This document shows positions 25,980-37,862 of a stretch of DNA of 64,000 bases, piece by piece. The stretch spans positions 68,634,001 to 68,698,000 of the forward strand of contig OZ024742.1 of NCBI GenBank assembly GCA_964016885.1, read 5' to 3'. Each line of letters opens with the position of its first letter. Within the stretch, counting starts at the first letter, position 1. The translations under genes and the position numbers were made by a program. This DNA is from Eledone cirrhosa (lineage: Eukaryota). A model generated the notes under the pieces. The model made no database searches. It was not told the origin of the DNA and worked only from the letters and a program-made list of their open reading frames with translations.

Positions 25980-27954
25980 CAGTGACGTATCTAGCTTTTA
26001 AAGCCGGGGGGGGGGGGCAAATTCGATCTAAAGGGGCCCACTAATTCCATACGCTCATTTCCATCGGCTGCAAGGAAATATGTTCATACACGCGTATAGA
26101 ATAGATAATAATTTATAATAGAGTAGACAGCATCATAGATTACAGAGTTAGCATGTTCCGTGAAAACTTTATTAACTGCGAAGACGGTGGTCTATCTTCA
26201 GAGAAAAAACATCCAATAAAACTAGTTTTGCAATCGATTATTCACCAACAAAAATTTGTATGTACAACAAATCGTCCATCTAAAACTTTACTTTCACATT
26301 CGAGCACATCACTTGTTCTACAGTTCTAATTTGCGATGTTTTACTTTAGAAAATTTTTCAATCACGATGCTGAAGTCAATTTTTTCAGCCAGTTCTCGCT
26401 CTATGTACATCATTGCCAGAGCATTCAAGCGCTCTTCACTCATGGTACTATGCAAATAATTCTTTATCAGTTTGAGCCTGCTGAAGGTTCGCTCAGCCTG
26501 CGCCGAGCTAACCGGAATAGTTATGAACATTTTGTATAAGGCAAACACGTTCGGATAGGCTCTATCTAAGTCATTAGAAATCATAAACGGAACGATCTCA
26601 GGAGTCGATATGGATTTATCTAAACACACTTTCTTGTAAAAATCTTTGAATGATAAATACTCATCGAAGATAGTGTCATTTTCGATGTCACCCTCGTAGA
26701 ATTTCACAAGATTATCAATTCTCTCTCTATTGCATGTGTCGTCCTCGTCGAAGTGCGCCGGTATCAAGCACGAAAAATCCTTCACTAGATCGTGCAAGTC
26801 GGCAAAACGTTCGTTAAAGCTACTAATGATTCTATCTAAGATAGTGAAATAAACGTCCCGTTTAAAATGCTGACTCATCGTCTCATGAGGTTCGTCACTG
26901 GCATTTTTGTCATGAAAACGCTTCTTTTTTCTTTTCCGTTTTTCTGTTGTAAACTCTGGTTCAACTTGACATTGCTCAGCGAGATATTTTTAGCGTCTGA
27001 TAATGTTCGGTCAAAATATTAATTTGAGCGGATGTCTTCAATTTCTTTTACTACATTTTTAATCATGACGTCCGCGGAATATAAGTCAATAGCCTCCTTC
27101 TGCAAATATTGTGAAACAGAATGCAGCTTTTTAAGTAAATTCTGAAAAAACTTCAACATGAAAATGAATTCAAACTTGCTCACATTTAGTAGCAAACCTC
27201 TGGCCTCGGTTAATACTTTCGGAGCAGTGTTGTGAACATCCCCACTTATTATCCTCTCTAGTGCACATATTACTGCTGGTAAGTTGTTAATGGTAGCCTC
27301 TACAGCCTGAATGTGACTAAACCAGCGCGTATCTGAGAGTCTTTTTAATGTTAATACCGTTGAAGTCAATAGTTTTTCTTGTTCTTCTTTGAGGATTTTC
27401 AGCCTTGGCAAGCTTGATGTTAAGAAAACATACAGGCTCTCCAATATACCAAAAAATCATTTACCATCCACTGACGATTGGCTAGCATCGATTAACACCA
27501 GGTTCAGGTTATGAGCGCAACAATGGACGTAAACAGTTTTCGAAGAGCATCCCTCTTTAACTCTAGCCTGAAGCCCATATGGCCGGACATATTCGACGCT
27601 CCGTCGTAAGCTTGTCCCTAATATATTGAGCATCCAAGGATAGATCCTGGAAAAGAACTTTCACAAGTGTATCGTAAAATGATTCAGTAGCTGCTGATTC
27701 TAGTTCACAAAACGACAGGAAATGCTCCTGTGCGTGGCCACTTTTCGATACATATCGCAGTGACACAGAGCATTGATCCTGATGCGAAATGTCTATTGTG
27801 GAATCGACGATGACTGAATAGTATTTTGGTGCTTTCACTTCCGTGATTATTTGTTGAGTACAAGCTATGTGTTTAGAATTATAGCCTAGGGGGCCCACCT
27901 AGACCGACAGGAAAGCCAGGGGGGGGCACTCCCCCCCCCCGTTAGTTACCCCTG
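25980..27954 (-). mobile_element. hAT DNA transposon (ZMYM1-like transposase C-terminal half, pseudogenised)
   Basis: YYSVIVDSTIDISHQDQ, YVHCCAHNLNL, LKRLSDTRW, IPVSSAQAERTFSRLKLIKNYL.STMSEERL (hAT dimerisation domain); terminus CAGTGACGTATCTAG; cacctgac/cccctgac possible 8-bp TSD. Confidence 0.88.
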
Positions 27955-28380
27955 ACCCAACTTGCTTCAAATGGGACGACCTGTCTAACCCATGCGAGCA
28001 TGGAAAATGGACGTTAAATATATATATATATATTGTGTTTTTACATCTCTGTGTTTGTTTTGTCATTTATATATATATATCCTCCCCAATTCCCTATCCC
28101 ACCCAAGTCCCCAATCCACACTATAAAGCAGTCATGTAGGAGTCACGATAAAAGGCGCCCAGCCCACACTGTAAGGTGTCCGTGTAGGTGTCACAACAAA
28201 AAGCACCCAGTACACACTGTAAATGTGGTTGGCATTAGGAAGGGCATCTAGCTGTTGAAACCAAGCCAAAATCAGTTCTGTGAGAGCAAAACCATGGTCC
28301 TCTGACTTGGATCTCTCACAACAGGACAGCATGTCCAACCCATGCTAGCATGGAAAATGGATATTAAACAATGATGATAA

Positions 28381-28416
<36 letters not shown>

Positions 28417-28819
28417 GTATATATATGAATGTATATTTGTATATATGCGTATTTATATACATATATATATATCATCATCATCATCATCATCGCTTTTATG
28501 TCCACTTTTCCATGTTTGCATGGGTTTGACAGGTCCTCAGCACAGCATCCCTCCACACATTGCGATCTTTTGTCATTGCCTCTGTGAGTCTCAGTCATAT
28601 GAGGTCACCTTTCACAACTTCTGCCCGGTTCTTTCTTGGTCTACCCCTACTGCAACTTCCTCTCTTTCACACTTAAATTGTAATGGAGCAAGGTTGCTTC
28701 ATTTCTTTCCAGTTTATGCACGTCCTCTTCATTTAAAGCCCATGTTTCACTATCATGCAGCAAGCACGCCTTCCAGTGGGTCCTGTCAGAAGCATTCATC
28801 GTGTTTCATTTCTTTCTAA

Positions 28820-29391
28820 CCTTCATCATATCGAGGTGGTTATGTGGTGCATGTTCCTAGAAGGTCTGCTCGTTAGTAGACGGGCATGATATATTTTTAG
28901 TTATATTCCTTTGGTGGTTTGAGTATCGGTGGATGTAATGTAGCTTTTTATTGGGTTTCCCAAAGGGGTGGTGCAGTTGGTTCTCCAAATTTAGGGCTAC
29001 GTCCAAGAAGTTGGTACAGGTGAGGGATGTCTCTAAAGTGACCTTAAATCCTAATTCCTGGAAAAACTTGTTGAGATATTTGTGAACTCGGTCCATACTA
29101 CTGGAGTTGTATCCAGTAAAAGTTACAAGCCCGTCATCTCTTTACAGTCCCCCTCTAAGAGCAGGAAACCTTTGTATTAGTTTCTGGAGTGTATACAAGC
29201 CTATCGGGTCTGTAACCTCTGCTGAGTCGGTTGCTCCCATACAAACATCGATGAGTGAGTCTGGGGCCATTTTTATCCAGGTGGAGTTTTCAAGACGGTC
29301 TTCCCAGCATGGCATGGAGAATTATGTCGATTTCCTGATTAATAATGGGTGTGATATTTCAGACGTAATCTATTGTGGCTGCCAAGAGTGG

Positions 29392-29398
<7 letters not shown>
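28820..29398 (-). mobile_element. Penelope-like element RT fragment
   Basis: DVCMGATDSAE, GL*RDDGL (YRDD interrupted by a stop), NFLDV.L, KP....YIHRYSNH. Confidence 0.8.
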
Positions 29399-29459
<61 letters not shown>

Positions 29460-29499
29460 AGAGAGAGAGAGAGGGAGATGTATGAATGTGTTTGTTGCT

Positions 29500-29645
29500 G
29501 TGTGATTAAGAAGTTTGCTTTGCAACCATGTTGTTTCAGATTCTATCTCATTGTGTGATACCTTGGGCATGTGTTTTCTACATTTTGGGACTGACAAATG
29601 CCTTGTGAGTGAAATTGGATGACAGAAAATGTATAGAAGTTCCTG
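29500..29645 (+). mobile_element. Second tRNA-SINE family (aagaagtttgct...ccttgggca...gccttgtgagtg...ttgg...gaaactg)
   Basis: Related copies at 35430-35570(-), 46795-46945(+), 47960-48125(-) and 57475-57605(+). Confidence 0.65.
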
Positions 29646-29734
29646 TCACCCATATAACTGTTTTAACCATTGAAGTGCTATCCATACCTAGGAGTTGGAG
29701 TTTTGATCTTGTCATGCTAGTGTTCATTATGTTT

Positions 29735-29915
29735 GGTGGATTGGCAGTATCGGTAGAGGGTCAGACGCCATGCTTTCCAGCATAGTTATGTCCCTTTACG
29801 ATCTGAGTTCAAATCCCGCTGAGGTTGACTTTGCCTTTCATCCTTACGGGGTCGATAAAATAAAGTACCAGTAATGCACTGGGTAATTGCTGGCCTTGTG
29901 CCTAAAATAGAAACA
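29735..29915 (+). mobile_element. tRNA-SINE copy with TSD attatgtttgg
   Basis: Main family; duplicated flank. Confidence 0.87.
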
Positions 29916-30542
29916 ATTATGTTTGGAGCCCATGACAGAGAGCCACTAAATCTATAAAGAGGAGGAAGGCAGTTCAAAAAGTAGTCATAAAAGTTGTTTG
30001 TCTATCACTGAGCAATTGTGTTACTCGTTATATCACAGAGGTGTTCTCGGTGGCAATGCTTTCTCCATCTTGTCTGCTGAACACAGTTGAGTTATACCAC
30101 CTAGATACAGGAATAGAATCTGCCCTTCCCTTCTCTCTCTTGTTTTCACTGCTTAATTTTTTTCTCTCTTCCTGTTTATTATGCAAAATATTTAAATGAA
30201 TAAAATTTATTTTCCCATTACAGAGTGTAGTGTAATCTGTGTAGTTGTAGTTTGTGTCTCAAATTGTTTTTTTTTATATCTTATATTAATTTGCATAGAC
30301 ATTGTTAAAATTCATAATTGTATTTATGTTCTAAACATTGAATTGAAGCATCTTGTAGCATCTTGCTACAATAGACATTAAAACAGAATATTTATATATT
30401 TGTTATAAGCTGAGAATTTGTTTTTTTGTACAACTTCAGCTTATAATAAATAAATAGATATTTTACTTTTTTTTTTTCTTTTGTATTCATTATGTCCATT
30501 TCTCATTTGTAATCACTAACGTATAGTATTTTTACATGCAGT

Positions 30543-30779
30543 TTAATCCATTTCATACCAACCCACCCAAAATGCTCTTGTTTTATGAAATAAAATAATC
30601 CGTTTTAAAGAGTTCCCATTTAAACAAAAACTTTCCAGCATAATTTTAAATAAGAACCAAATGTTAAGTTATTATCTTAGTAATGAAATAATTAATACTT
30701 TTAGTAAATCCCTTGAAATTCTTCATTTATTAATTGAAATAGAGTGATTGCATTAGCAATATGGTCATGAAAGGGTTAA
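30543..30779. mobile_element. Older piggyBac-like MITE (TTAA...AGGG|TTAA)
   Basis: Related degenerate copies at ~15621-15843, 38280-38528, 42484-42730, 54150-54340 and 55380-55607. Confidence 0.55.
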
Positions 30780-31405
30780 TCTTCCATGCTGTGCTAGGTA
30801 ACTGATTAGTTATCTTGTAGAGATAAATTTTGCACTGTTGAAAAAGAAAATTTTAAATGAATAATTAAAAATAAAATAGCTGAGATAGTATTCAAATAAC
30901 TAATCTGAGATAGAATCATTAGCAGAAACCTTGATTGATGTATGGTGAGCAAAAAATACAGGATTCTGATCCCACCTATAGTCTTTTCTTTACTTTTTTC
31001 CTGTTTAATATTGGTTCATATATTACTTAACCCTTTAGCATTTGCATTACCCTACATTTACAATTATATTTTCACAGTAAAGGCTTTACCTCATATAATT
31101 ATCTCACATAATATCGAATCTATGAGACTTTGATATTATTTATTTTGAGAACAATACTTTAACATCGGTATGAGTGGTCAGTTACAGAAAGAGGTGAGAA
31201 AATTCCGGCTGGTTTAAATGCTCAAGGGTTAATATAATTTATATACATGGATGTGAGTGTATGAGTGTACATGTGTATCCTGTCTCTCAATTTTTATATA
31301 TGCCTATCTCTTTTCACTCATTATATTTCACCTCCTCCTCTCTATCTCCACTTTTTACTCCTTTCTCACCTTTATGCTATTTTGCTTCTCCATAGCTGCT
31401 TTCAT

Positions 31406-31592
31406 TGGATTGGCAGTATTGGTAGAGGGTCGGACGCCATGCTTTGACGTTTAGAGTTATGGCCCTTGCCATTCTGAGTTCAAATCTCACCGAGGTTAAC
31501 TTTGCCTTTCATCCTTACGGGGTCGATAAAATAAAGTACCAGTAATGCACTGAGTAATTGCTGGCCTTGTGCCAAACGTAGAAACAATTATT
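31406..31592 (+). mobile_element. tRNA-SINE copy ending ~30 nt upstream of the exon 6 acceptor
   Basis: Main family sequence. Confidence 0.87.
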
Positions 31593-31622
31593 AAATTTTC
31601 TCTTTTGTTTGGTTCATTCCAG

Positions 31623-31926
31623 ATGGTTCCTGAGCACACTTGACTACAAAAAGGACAGCAAACCATTCATAGTCAACGGAGTCGTCATGACACTCATGTT
31701 TTTCCTCACTCGTCTCGCGTGCATGCCATATTACTGGTTTAAAGTATACGAGGTGTACAACACAGAGCCATTCACACGCCTTGGTCATATGCAGTATGTC
31801 TTAATCAGCACATGCTTTGTGCTTGATATCATCAACTTCCTTTGGTTCTACCGGATGCTCCGTGGAGTGTACAATGTCTTGCAATACCTCATAAACAGAA
31901 ATGATATTCCACTGAAGGAAGAATGA
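31623..31926 (+). CDS. TLCD4: TLCD4/TMEM56-like gene A, final coding exon 6 (RWFLSTLDY...NGVVMTLMFFLTR...INFLWFYRM...IPLKEE*)
   Basis: cattccag acceptor at 31622; TGA at 31924-31926; spliced CDS totals 786 nt = 261 aa with no internal stop. Confidence 0.95.
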
Positions 31927-32639
31927 ACTAAATTAAATTATATTATATTAAAATATTAAATATCAAAAAAGAAAAAAAAGAAAAAAAATAACCCAGTGTA
32001 TATGAAAAAACAAACTGTTATTTTTCGATGTCTGTATTTAAAAATTTTTTTTTTTGTTGGTCTCGAGGAAGAGGGATGCTCATAGCCTTCACAGGCCCTT
32101 TGAAACTAGGGAGTTTGTTGTCATTGATACTCTGCTTAAGCTAAATAACAATACCAGTATAAGGGAATATATTGTTGCTTTGTGAATGTGAGATAATGTT
32201 CTTCAGCTTCATGTTAGTCCTGAGATTTTACTGTTAATATTAGCAGATTGGGGCCCCATGGGATGGGTACTTAACTGTTGGGATGTTCCTGATCAGTTTT
32301 GATCTTCTAAACCTATGAACAGTTTTTTTTTTGGGGGGGGGGGGGCTGTTAATGTATCTAGCACTACATGATAATATAGTCCTCGATTGACTATTTAATG
32401 TGTCTTTGTTTTGTTAATCTTACCTATGATCAAAGATGATCCAGCCATCTCATCTTATTCAGGCATAGTGTATAAGTTTATCGCAGACGACATTATTCAA
32501 TGTGCCCATGTAATTTTTAAGATGCTTGACTGGAGAGATTTGGGAGATATTTGGCTGTTACTTCTAGCATAGAAGTCCCCCACCGAATAACTTCTTATTT
32601 GATATATATGTAGCAAATGAATTTTGATGTTAGTATATT

Positions 32640-35320
32640 TTTGATGTAGTGTGATAACTGTTGGTTTGGGATCATTGCTCGTTATTCACTTTGGCAAGAC
32701 AGATATTGTTGTAGTAATGTTGTTGGTTTGATGGGTGATTTCATGAATTGCTCTCTCTCTCCGATATAAAACCTGCGGGAAATTTGTGACTTATGGCAAA
32801 TGAATTGAGTGTGTGTCTGTCAGTTAGTCAAGATTTGTGGCTGTACATGTCGTAGTCAGTAGTTGAGAGTTGAAGATTGAAAGTTAAACTGCCAATAACA
32901 ATACCCAATGAACAATAACAAACATTGCTACTAATAATTTTTAATAAGAAAATAACTTACATTCAAGCTTTTGTTGAGAATTATTGTACAGGAAAAAAAG
33001 GAACCAAGGGAATTGTGTGTTATGTTTGTGTAATTGGTTTGGGTAAATGCAACAGTAGTCTGACAAGATGCATTGAGCTAACCTTTATCAAGGTACCAAC
33101 CCTGTTTAGAGGGCTAAACGTTTTTTTTTGCTAAGCACTACATCTTTCTACTACTTGAGCAACTCAAAGTGATGTCCTTCTCTTCTGAGAAATAAGAACA
33201 GAATGGCTTGAAGAAAATCTTATCTCAAATAACCCCAAGTTGGCCAGAATCTCCAAACTACTGGCACCAACACAAGATAAAGAAAACTGAACATCGTGTT
33301 GTTTAGGCATCAGTATGTATGGTGCAATTTCGTTACATTAGTTCTTTGCCCAGATCGATGCAGGAGCAGTGATTGATAATAGAAGAGGTAGCGAAATGCT
33401 AGAATATGAATTGAAAAATGTGGGATCGAGATCTATGTATGTTGCTCTACATATGTTGAAAAGAAAAACAAATGTGCATTCTGCAGTGAGTTGGGAATGC
33501 ATGATTAGATTGAAGTATAGCTAAAAGTGTTGTGTGCAATTGCAAGTAGCATAATGTCTGCTAATTTGTTTGATTTGCGAGCCTCTTTAATTCTAGGCTG
33601 TTGTGATCCAAAAGCTATTCCGTTACTGTGAAGCAGAAGAGAGAAAAGATATCTTGTAATACCCAACAGAATTAATTTTGCATACTCATGTTTGTGTGAA
33701 AATACAATTTGGAACTGTTTGTGGTATTGTGTGCGCATAAGTGTAAACATAAAACAGATTACATACAAGAGACAAAATGATACAAAAAGGTGAAAAAAAA
33801 GAAACAACAAATAATTATATTTAAAAAAAAATTTTTTTTTTTTTTTTTAATTAAAAGTTCAATACAGTTCTTGTGTGCACAAGTGCTTTTCTTTGAATGA
33901 GTAAGTTTTCCTCGCAACAGATGCTGTGAGTGATATATAACTTGTTGCTGTTGTTGCTACAGATGTTACTGCTGCTTTGGTTATAGCATTGATCGATTGA
34001 TATCCATAGCTTGTGGATGTAACAATTTTGCATTTGGGACATAGTGCTGTATTTTGATGAAAGTTGAGTTCATCAAAGGTTGAGTCCATATACCTTTTGT
34101 GTTGTTCTTTTTTATTATAAAAGTTGAATGTTTGTTGAGACTATCAGAAATTTCGATGTTTGTAAAACTGTTCTGACTCCAGCATCATCCAGCCACCAAT
34201 TTAACCTTTTCGCATTTATATTACTCTATATTTACTGCTGTATTTTTACAGTAAAGGCTTTGTCTTACATAATATCGAATCTATGAGGTTTTGATATTAT
34301 TTATTTTGAGAACAATACCTTAACATCAGTATGAGTGGCTAGTTACAGCCAGTTTAAATGCTAAAGGGTTATGGGTAGGGTATGTGAAGACCGAGGTCTT
34401 TTCTAATGCTGGGTCGCCAGTGTAGTGATTGTAGCAATTTAAAGTATTGTAGATGTAGCGATAAAAAGTATTTTTTCTAAAAAGAAAGTCTGTTTCCATT
34501 TTTGAAATTTGTTCTTTTCGTTGTTAATCAGATTATGTGTTAGTAAGTCAGAGATCACTAATTGTTGCGAGGCGAATGATATCACTGCTGTTGTATTCCT
34601 ATAGTTATCCAAAAGCTGCATGCAGCATCAGCAAATGCATCCAAAGGCTGTTCGATAAGTTAGGGTTGCCAATGTAGTGAAAGAATTTAGATGTAGCGTG
34701 ATAAGAATTCAGTTTGGTATCATTGTTTGTTGTTCACTTTAGCATGGCAGTTGTAGTAGTAATGTTGTTGGCTTGATGGGTGATTCTGTGAATTGCTCTC
34801 TCTCATATAAGCGCTGTGGGAATGTTTGTAACATATGGCAAATGAATTGAGTTATGTGTCTCATGAGTCGAGATGTGTAATTGTATTCGTTGCCATAGAC
34901 TAGTTGAAAGTTGAAGATTAAAAGTAAAACTGCCATTGACAATACCCAATGAACAATAAAACATCACTACTAATATTTTTATTAAGAAAATAACTTACAT
35001 CAAAGCTAATTTGACAACACAGATAAACAAGTGAATTGTGTGGTTGGTTTGCATGAATGCAGTTGTAGTCTGACAAGATGCATTGAACTAATTTTTCTTG
35101 AGGTACTCTGTTGAGAGAGCTAAAGTTTTTTTGGCTAAGCGCTATATCTCTCTACTGCCCTCTTCCAAGAAACAAGAGCAGAATGGCTTTAAGAAAATCT
35201 TATCTCAAATAAACCCCAATTTGGCCAGTTTCTCCAGACTACTGGCACTAACCCGAAAAAAAGAAAACCAGACATCGTATTGTTTAGGGGTCAGTATATG
35301 TGGAGCGATTTTGCTACATG
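32640..35320. repeat. Diverged direct duplication: ~32640-33340 and ~34690-35320
   Basis: Collinear shared blocks (gtagtaatgttgttgg.ttgatgggtgatt; caatacccaatgaacaataa; ctgacaagatgcattga; aagaaaatcttatctcaaataa). Confidence 0.85.
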
Positions 35321-36524
35321 AATATATTTTATTTTACATATTCTTTTACTTGTTTTAGTCATTGGCATAAACTGGCATGACTCAAAACACCAGTAAAACA
35401 AACATGGGCACATATACATGGCGTGCTTCTGTACAGTTTCATTTATCAGATTCCACTCACAATCAAAGTCTACAGTAGAAGATACTTGTCCAAGGTATCA
35501 TGAAGTGGGATAAAACCTGGAACCATGTTGTTAGGAAACTAACTGCTTAGCCACACAATAATACTTGTGCCTTTGATATATATATACATTCATACAAAAT
35601 TGCATGTATACACACACATACATATATACATTAGAGACTTACATGCTAAGCAAGATGAGAAGAAATACTTCAACAAAGATTATCCTCAAGTTTTTGGGGT
35701 GTTCAAAACTACAAGCAAGGAAAATAATTCTTACAATATCAGTTGATACAAAACTTTTGCAAAGGTTTAGAAAACACAGAAGGGAGTGGAGCTTATTTTA
35801 CTGCCAACTGGTAAAAGCAACAAACATCTTTAAATCTTATTACATCTCCTCAGGAAAGTATATTCACTTAAGGGTTGGCTTGCCATATGGTGTACACAAT
35901 AGACTCAGGTGCAACAGAAAGTCATCCAGCTGCAGAATACTTGCCAAACAAAGGATTGGGAGGACCTTTCAGTTGTGTTAAGGACATGATAATCGACCTA
36001 ATGTTGGTGATTAACACAATAAATGCATCCAGTATATGCTGTAGAGTGGTTGGTGATATGACAAGCATCAAGTCATAGCTTGCCAAAGAGAGGATTGGGA
36101 GGACCCTTTAGTTATGTCAAAGACATGACAACCTCTCTTGTGCTGATATGATAAAATGCACTTAAGAGAACATGCAACCATATGTAAATGAGATGCAGAC
36201 GCCCTGCCTGCAAGGTACTAGCCCAAATTCAGTACTGACTCAGTCTGTAAGGACCTGTTCAACCCTTGCTAGCAGGAAAAGTGGATGTTAAATGATGATT
36301 ATGGTATATAGATAATGTCACACATTTCAGCCTCATATGTTTGTAAGTTCATTAGAGTTTCAAATTCAGTCCCTTTTTCAGATTGGATTTAATGTCAGTG
36401 GAAAATCTAAACTCAGAATGACAAACTAGAACTAATATCACAAGACTTGTTTGCCATTCTAATAATTTTGTCAATTTACTAACTTGGACTAGTAGTTTAC
36501 TTATCAACACTAAAAGTTTTTGTA

Positions 36525-36690
36525 TGTGTATCTAAATACTCGGGCTCTCGTTCTAAAATAGAACTATCAGAATATCAATGAAATTTGCAAAACTGTCACC
36601 ATAAACAATGACCTCTTCCACTTACATGTAGACATTGCTGCTCTCCATGAAACCTGTTTAGCAGATTTTTGAAGCCTAAGAGAAATTAGT
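36525..36690 (+). mobile_element. RTE-clade APE endonuclease N-terminal remnant
   Basis: KTVTINNDL..LHVDIAALHETCLAD resembles the KT..I..EL..L.VDIAALQETRL motif. Confidence 0.6.
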
Positions 36691-36879
36691 TGTAGAGATT
36701 AACTTGTGCTATCAATCTCACAAAACACATGCTTTCCCTACGACTGAATTAATGTGTGCCAAAAGTAGAAACAAATATTGACAACTAACAAATGTCAGCT
36801 GTGATAATGAAACTTGGCCCATTTAGATCAATATGATGTTGGCAAAATCAATGACAATGTTCAGAGATTTGGCCTCTTA

Positions 36880-37862
36880 TCACTTCTTATGTATCACTAA
36901 CTCCCTCCTAGTTTGGTACTAAACTCCTTCCCTTAACCATAGAGTATCTTGGAGATACCTACAGTCTGTACATCACACCAATTAGACTATATAACTAGAT
37001 GACCTCTCCTTGTGAAATTTTAGTAGCAGTTTGTGATACAGACCACTTCTTTCTCCTAAATTTTCTTACTGAATTCCCAGACTCAGCTAAACATAAAAAA
37101 ATCACTGTTTAAAACTTCAATAGTTAATGCCCTTCCTTCGCCTGTCTTACCTAAAGTTCTCCTAGATGTTGAAACTGATGCTTCTGGAACTACAGATTTG
37201 GTTGTCTTTCATAATCTGCTAAGACAGTTGATTTTTGCTCCAGAATTATTTCATCTCATCAATTAAAAGAGGAAGATGGTCTGTAGCTATCATAGAAAGT
37301 TTGGGAAATCGCAAATCTATGTACTTTGAGATTATATTACACACTGATTGACAAGTGATCACACTCATATTAGAAATTGAAAGAAAACAATAAGATTCTT
37401 CATTGGCACGCTACAGTTTAAAGATCTGACACATACCTAGTAAAGATTACACAGCCACTGATACTCTTATTATATGCTTCTCTATAACCTCTTCTGAAAT
37501 TACAAATTTATATAGGTCTTCCTGGAGTGAGTGACTTGAATATAGCACCATGTCAGACCTAAGCACTTGCCATTCCCTTGGAAGATATTAAAACCCTTAT
37601 GGCAAATGCATCGCATGCTTGAAACTGAAACCACAATTCTACCATACATATTAGGCTCACACAACTATTTGAGTGTCTCAGTGTCAACTTCAAAGATCCC
37701 TGTCACTGTCTATTGCTACTTCTGGTTATAGATGAATGCTCAGTTTTTCCATGATATTGACATTGTCAGATATGATATCTACAGTAACTTGCTATTTGCA
37801 ACAGATCTTTTTGTCTGCTGCTTCAGGTACAATCCACTCAGATTGAGGATCCCAGTTTATGC
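36880..37862 (+). mobile_element. Highly degraded Gypsy-like pol (RNase H/integrase)
   Basis: DVETDAS, AIIES, PQFY..., LFECLSVNFK, VIDECS, IHSD.G..QF remnants across frames; interrupted by a MITE at 37868. Confidence 0.55.

Noticed and set aside
26318-27898. Host ZMYM1-like gene nested in gene A
   Set aside because: Intronless, frameshifted, has a TIR/TSD and is inserted in a repeat, so it is a hAT transposon
34739-34942. Small ORF with a signal-peptide-like N-terminus
   Set aside because: Non-ATG start, and the frame is not preserved in the duplicate at ~32700-32910; kept only as part of the duplication finding
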